This document shows positions 63,601-64,000 of a DNA stretch of 64,000 nucleotides, in pieces. The position numbers and the translations under genes are program-made. Origin of the DNA: an uncultured candidatus Porisulfidus sp. Lineage in GTDB: Bacteria; Pseudomonadota; Gammaproteobacteria; Poriferisulfidales; Oxydemutatoraceae. Where the stretch lies: the NCBI GenBank assembly GCA_965215125.1, contig OZ244052.1, forward strand, positions 1,856,001-1,920,000. Direction: 5' to 3'. How positions within the stretch are numbered: the first letter of the stretch is position 1; the number at the start of each line of letters is the position of its first letter. The notes under the pieces were generated by a model that saw only the letters and a list, made by a program, of their open reading frames with translations, was not told the origin of the DNA and ran no database searches.

Positions 63601-64000
63601 TATTGTCGCCAATATGGCTGGAACTAGAGTGTACAACAGTTATGTCACCGGTTCGGTTACGGGAATCCATCGAGTCGGTGGTTTGGTCGGTATCAGTCAA
63701 GGGATAATCGGTAACAGCTATGTAAAAGGCACGATTATCGGTAGGGATGGTGGTATTTTTGACCATTACATCGGAGGTCTAATCGGTGAGCAATTGGGTA
63801 ATTTTTTAATTTTCAATAGTTATGCCGATGTTAGCCTCACCAGCACACACCAGAGAGGATCCGGAGGACGCGGCAACCGACAAATCGGTGGTCTGGTCGG
63901 ACGTAATATCTTTAGCGATATTCACAACAGCTACTCGGCAGGTAGTGTAGAAGCTCTCGGTCGCATCGGGGGCACTGTCGGTGGATTAGTAGGCTACGGC
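54665..64000 (+). CDS. Giant secreted/surface protein (at least 3112 codons, incomplete at the 3' end) with Calx-beta-like domains, GLUG-type 'VGGLVG' repeats and cadherin-like beta-sandwiches
   Basis: ATG at 54665 (MNHINKFIYIILFSFTLFASEGNAQ, a signal peptide). The last bases of the window read ...GGTVGGLVGYG in the same frame. It is absent from the ORF track, which fits there being no stop before the window edge. Confidence 0.9.
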   Translation, partial: MNHINKFIYIILFSFTLFASEGNAQTSTPTITVSISYDGPASVYESTVERQSRVDNQIISDLGDNKIGFTLSLSRALTGGEALDVGLNIIGERGFDINDLVTPSLTLATGRSGVSLADTDMLNPYVRFRGGSPTTAGLVLRIKNDNILEEDINLSVVIGATSATNIGATSATNIPLVTKDNTADRFSVRLMDDEYTFCFDRNSHVFAENIGTAELGLRVAGPDGVPRRLPRDSSINFAYRNITANTYNNLDRVPSRRVDYQAIHSGSDYLNLDMGTTEYTLAIPITNDTRAEPDERFGIAVVGLCDDETIVTIRDDDRIAADIKADRPSIAEGGDVTFTISLRSRTSSELAMPTPLPNSVQITVSDYPGSDFIPQAFESTRHIALNTMPGQTMVTASFTVRTVDNNQDDRVHRIRAEISEPPDYDSIIGSVATVSVLDDEPRVSITAAAEGIYKGEDAVFTVELDTLTENNTTVGLRVAESGDEDFIDDSQYEGIRTVIVPAGRTQAEYTIPTAPIDDGNSSAVGGVTVSIIASSNETYTLGDPNSATIAIVDVQCGYIIDVDADDDGLIEICDLDGLNEIRYSLDGSGHKASPDAPLNTRGCDEDGDNDGVCRGYELNGDLDFNDADSYRSGVVNRGWIESVGWPPIGTILERFSGQFEANGRNIANLYINRPTINNVGLFRETAPSATIRLLRLSNVNITGRSGVGALVGINEGIVGAVDIINGRVIGRGDNIGGVVGISEGAVVGVNILLEAVSGGIVERRCRDNLEATNCAEAEKVATVLENGINVGGLIGDNNGNVANNFVSINVLGASRVGGLIGFSSAGVQGGNVVNGSVRGNEYTGGLIGYSIHSVLDSISRADVVVNGSYAGGLIGYACRLRSGTRRCLLPGEVLDSAGAALQITGSSSPRGDVEGGDYTGGLIGFSSIAITGGSSRGDVTGGDYSGGLVGYSSDDIVDSVVEESTVSAKDYVGGLVGFHSGRQIINGKATGITLTGGSNLGGLVGMSEVTTAVSVITDAVAEGSIVGDTVIGGLVGHASALRVTDSTADVPVTAMDSDAENVGGLIGRVESGSITGSRASGDVRGSFHIGGLVGNAGQAEIGDSHATGNVNGTAHNVGGLVGSINGTRIEDSYATGDVRGSYHIGGLVGIGEQLNIGRSYAIGNVNGSAYNIGGLAGYLNRGNITFVYATGSVIGDNSADPGVDNNVDNVGGLVGRADAISLVNGYAINPTVSGVDRVGGLIGIKSGGSVRIAYARSSVLGTNRVGGLIGDNNGRVATTYAAGRVSASGSDVGGLIGHNQASRVRVFTDGEVEDSYWDITESDTASSDAGIGFSDLKVATGPSRLPDGIFFRWRNEDWDFGTAEQYPWLRDASGEVSLRQSGLTDITFNNTALTPPFDSGISEYYVLLSQNLQQATLNIRLNSSDDVVGVVKVGDTAPPTQVRGGGDVAITLNTDLEPTVFIVAQRYRVQIVSELRVNIATDRQDRTVEEGQPLRLTVEDNIVNALPLTYTWRQTAPSNRLLADALETGITVDQPEFVITVPPAIVPPLENELAITLEVTASGDIAGSPQSSTVQLRVLKADNGVGVLTAPSYVAETSALEVPNFMQDIATDPDGEADDADQNIRYQWQYDRDGSWEDIDGARDARYDTSERNVPPLTRYRLQARYIDGQGYDNTVISQASEQIVDGDRDGMIDIYHLEDLNLVRYRLDGGAYTTRPDDAGLTGGCPGSGCFGYELTRDLDFNDSNSYASGVVNSDWTVEDFGVPADTGWQPIGEEDLNVCDSSPNSCFTGVFDGNGYTLSNLQINRKGISDNANIALFVGVSGDNAVIRDIGLVNARIESFSTRILPFLKVAGLASINEAKIINSYIQGRIAIEHAVVGGISSLSRGEIINSYADIDIRVEQNLFFQNYVGGLVGTVVSGLVVNSYAIGRIGGGHINTAGGLAGANDSGRIINSYASVDFDSQTRDDAFYTVGGLVGRLIEGTDGEGALIHNSYASGAIISRINVPRDSPDSVDIGGLVGSVGGGGHTISNSYAAGLVAPQITITQAGTDVSDYLEIGGLVGSEISGDASLATIASYWDSDAVGQRDSAAGIAQLRVQMQQGRAQSSDIDRVYFRWRDADWDFGSVNQYPILKYTAHPDTDRDPICDAPGMPRCGALIAPLFRNGLENLRIVGTELFPPFASGSTDYTGTVDLSRDSPVVSLVATAFDADARIDIYEADGETLLVSDLASGEPSSLFPFTTQSRRFVIEVRGVETVRQSITLNRRLYSIIDSLEDLNAIRNSSENYRLVGDLDFEDDASYENPDTNKDTWTVDNFDVPGDTGWQPIASFSGTLDGNGYTISNLQINRDNSDNVGLFTELLGENVVVSNLGLIDVEIEGRGTVGALVGRNGAGATIENCFVIGSSAGKSKVTGTDIVGGMVGRHDEKFAKIIDSYADVSVKGQNEVGGLVGLVAAAGIVINSYATGNVQGREDIGGLVGTLNQAFGFPPLFALTMIINSHATGDVTGLQSIGGLVGDSNDRIINSYATGNVESTYNGTDPVSIGGLVGNNRTGGTIVNSYATGDVAVTNTVSARAATSSILLGSLVGDPGNGTVRNSYATGNIPGVIRQRVSGRNNYDGFIGDNDSGPRVTASYWDSRIDSTDQQIRSQISRRRTRDLQDPTGPNYSEGNITVYTNWSTDDWDFGSNTQYPILKYAQSPAIGDTGGSCGDDGLPSCGTLISSELRYGLSEIVPLDGELLSPPFNGSRRYYYGTVTLDPDGKIRLIVRSSAITAGNIAIFAGTEETPVGSEFSVGDVSDEITLVAGINRIVVEVSLLDSATLPFRYQLYLVSEGATDAVASQTPINYLEDLNLISNASRDGKRDNYILNRNLDFEDPDSYRNAAMNMRRWVVRDFRSTTDTGWTPIPLGTRDNPLDQFILDGNGYTISNLQINRDNDVNIALFSRIFSVDEDVFGENVFHVIRNLGLINVTVEGSLNVAGIVANMAGTRVYNSYVTGSVTGIHRVGGLVGISQGIIGNSYVKGTIIGRDGGIFDHYIGGLIGEQLGNFLIFNSYADVSLTSTHQRGSGGRGNRQIGGLVGRNIFSDIHNSYSAGSVEALGRIGGTVGGLVGYG
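55136..55183 (+). repeat. Exact in-frame 24 bp tandem duplication (IGATSATN x2)
   Basis: ATCGGGGCAACGAGTGCTACGAAT twice. Confidence 0.95.

Noticed and set aside
54634-63766. Many minus-strand and short plus-strand ORFs in the ORF track
   Set aside because: They are shadows of the giant plus-strand gene starting at 54665.

Overview
This is a 64 kb chromosomal window from a gammaproteobacterium. A host-associated lifestyle, such as a sponge symbiont, is a tentative inference from the gene content. Most of it is rearranged housekeeping sequence: oplA, argH, tsaC-hemF-hemB-aroE, tRNA-Ser, yajC-secDF, rne-cysS-yidD-hisI, mlaC-murA-hisG-aroG-hisD-nif3, gltA and nnr-tsaE-amiB. It also holds an H4MPT/methanofuran C1 operon (fhcBADC), copAB, an McrBC pair with a decayed McrB N-terminus, and a type II R-M pair. 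A giant secreted Calx-beta/GLUG protein of more than 3,100 codons runs off the right edge and is missing from the ORF track. The most unusual structure is non-coding or very small. (1) At 44.2-48.1 kb, three small DUF1640/mempromCC-like membrane-anchored coiled-coil genes each carry a homologous leader with AlgR/LytTR-like CCGTTCGTC boxes 21 bp apart and a sigma70 promoter. They lie beside a divergent protein with two alpha-CTD-like domains that has its own box pair, and an orphan tnpB 3' end (candidate omega-RNA) sits directly behind one of them. (2) Intergenic repeats are nested. A ~47 bp double-hairpin repeat (family A) is dispersed through the window, with one copy translated in frame at the N-terminus of 5-oxoprolinase. 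A ~40 bp palindrome (family B) repeatedly sits in the loops of other hairpin repeats. GTAG-type REPs lie inside a MITE. All family assignments come from motif recognition by eye, and no database searches were run.
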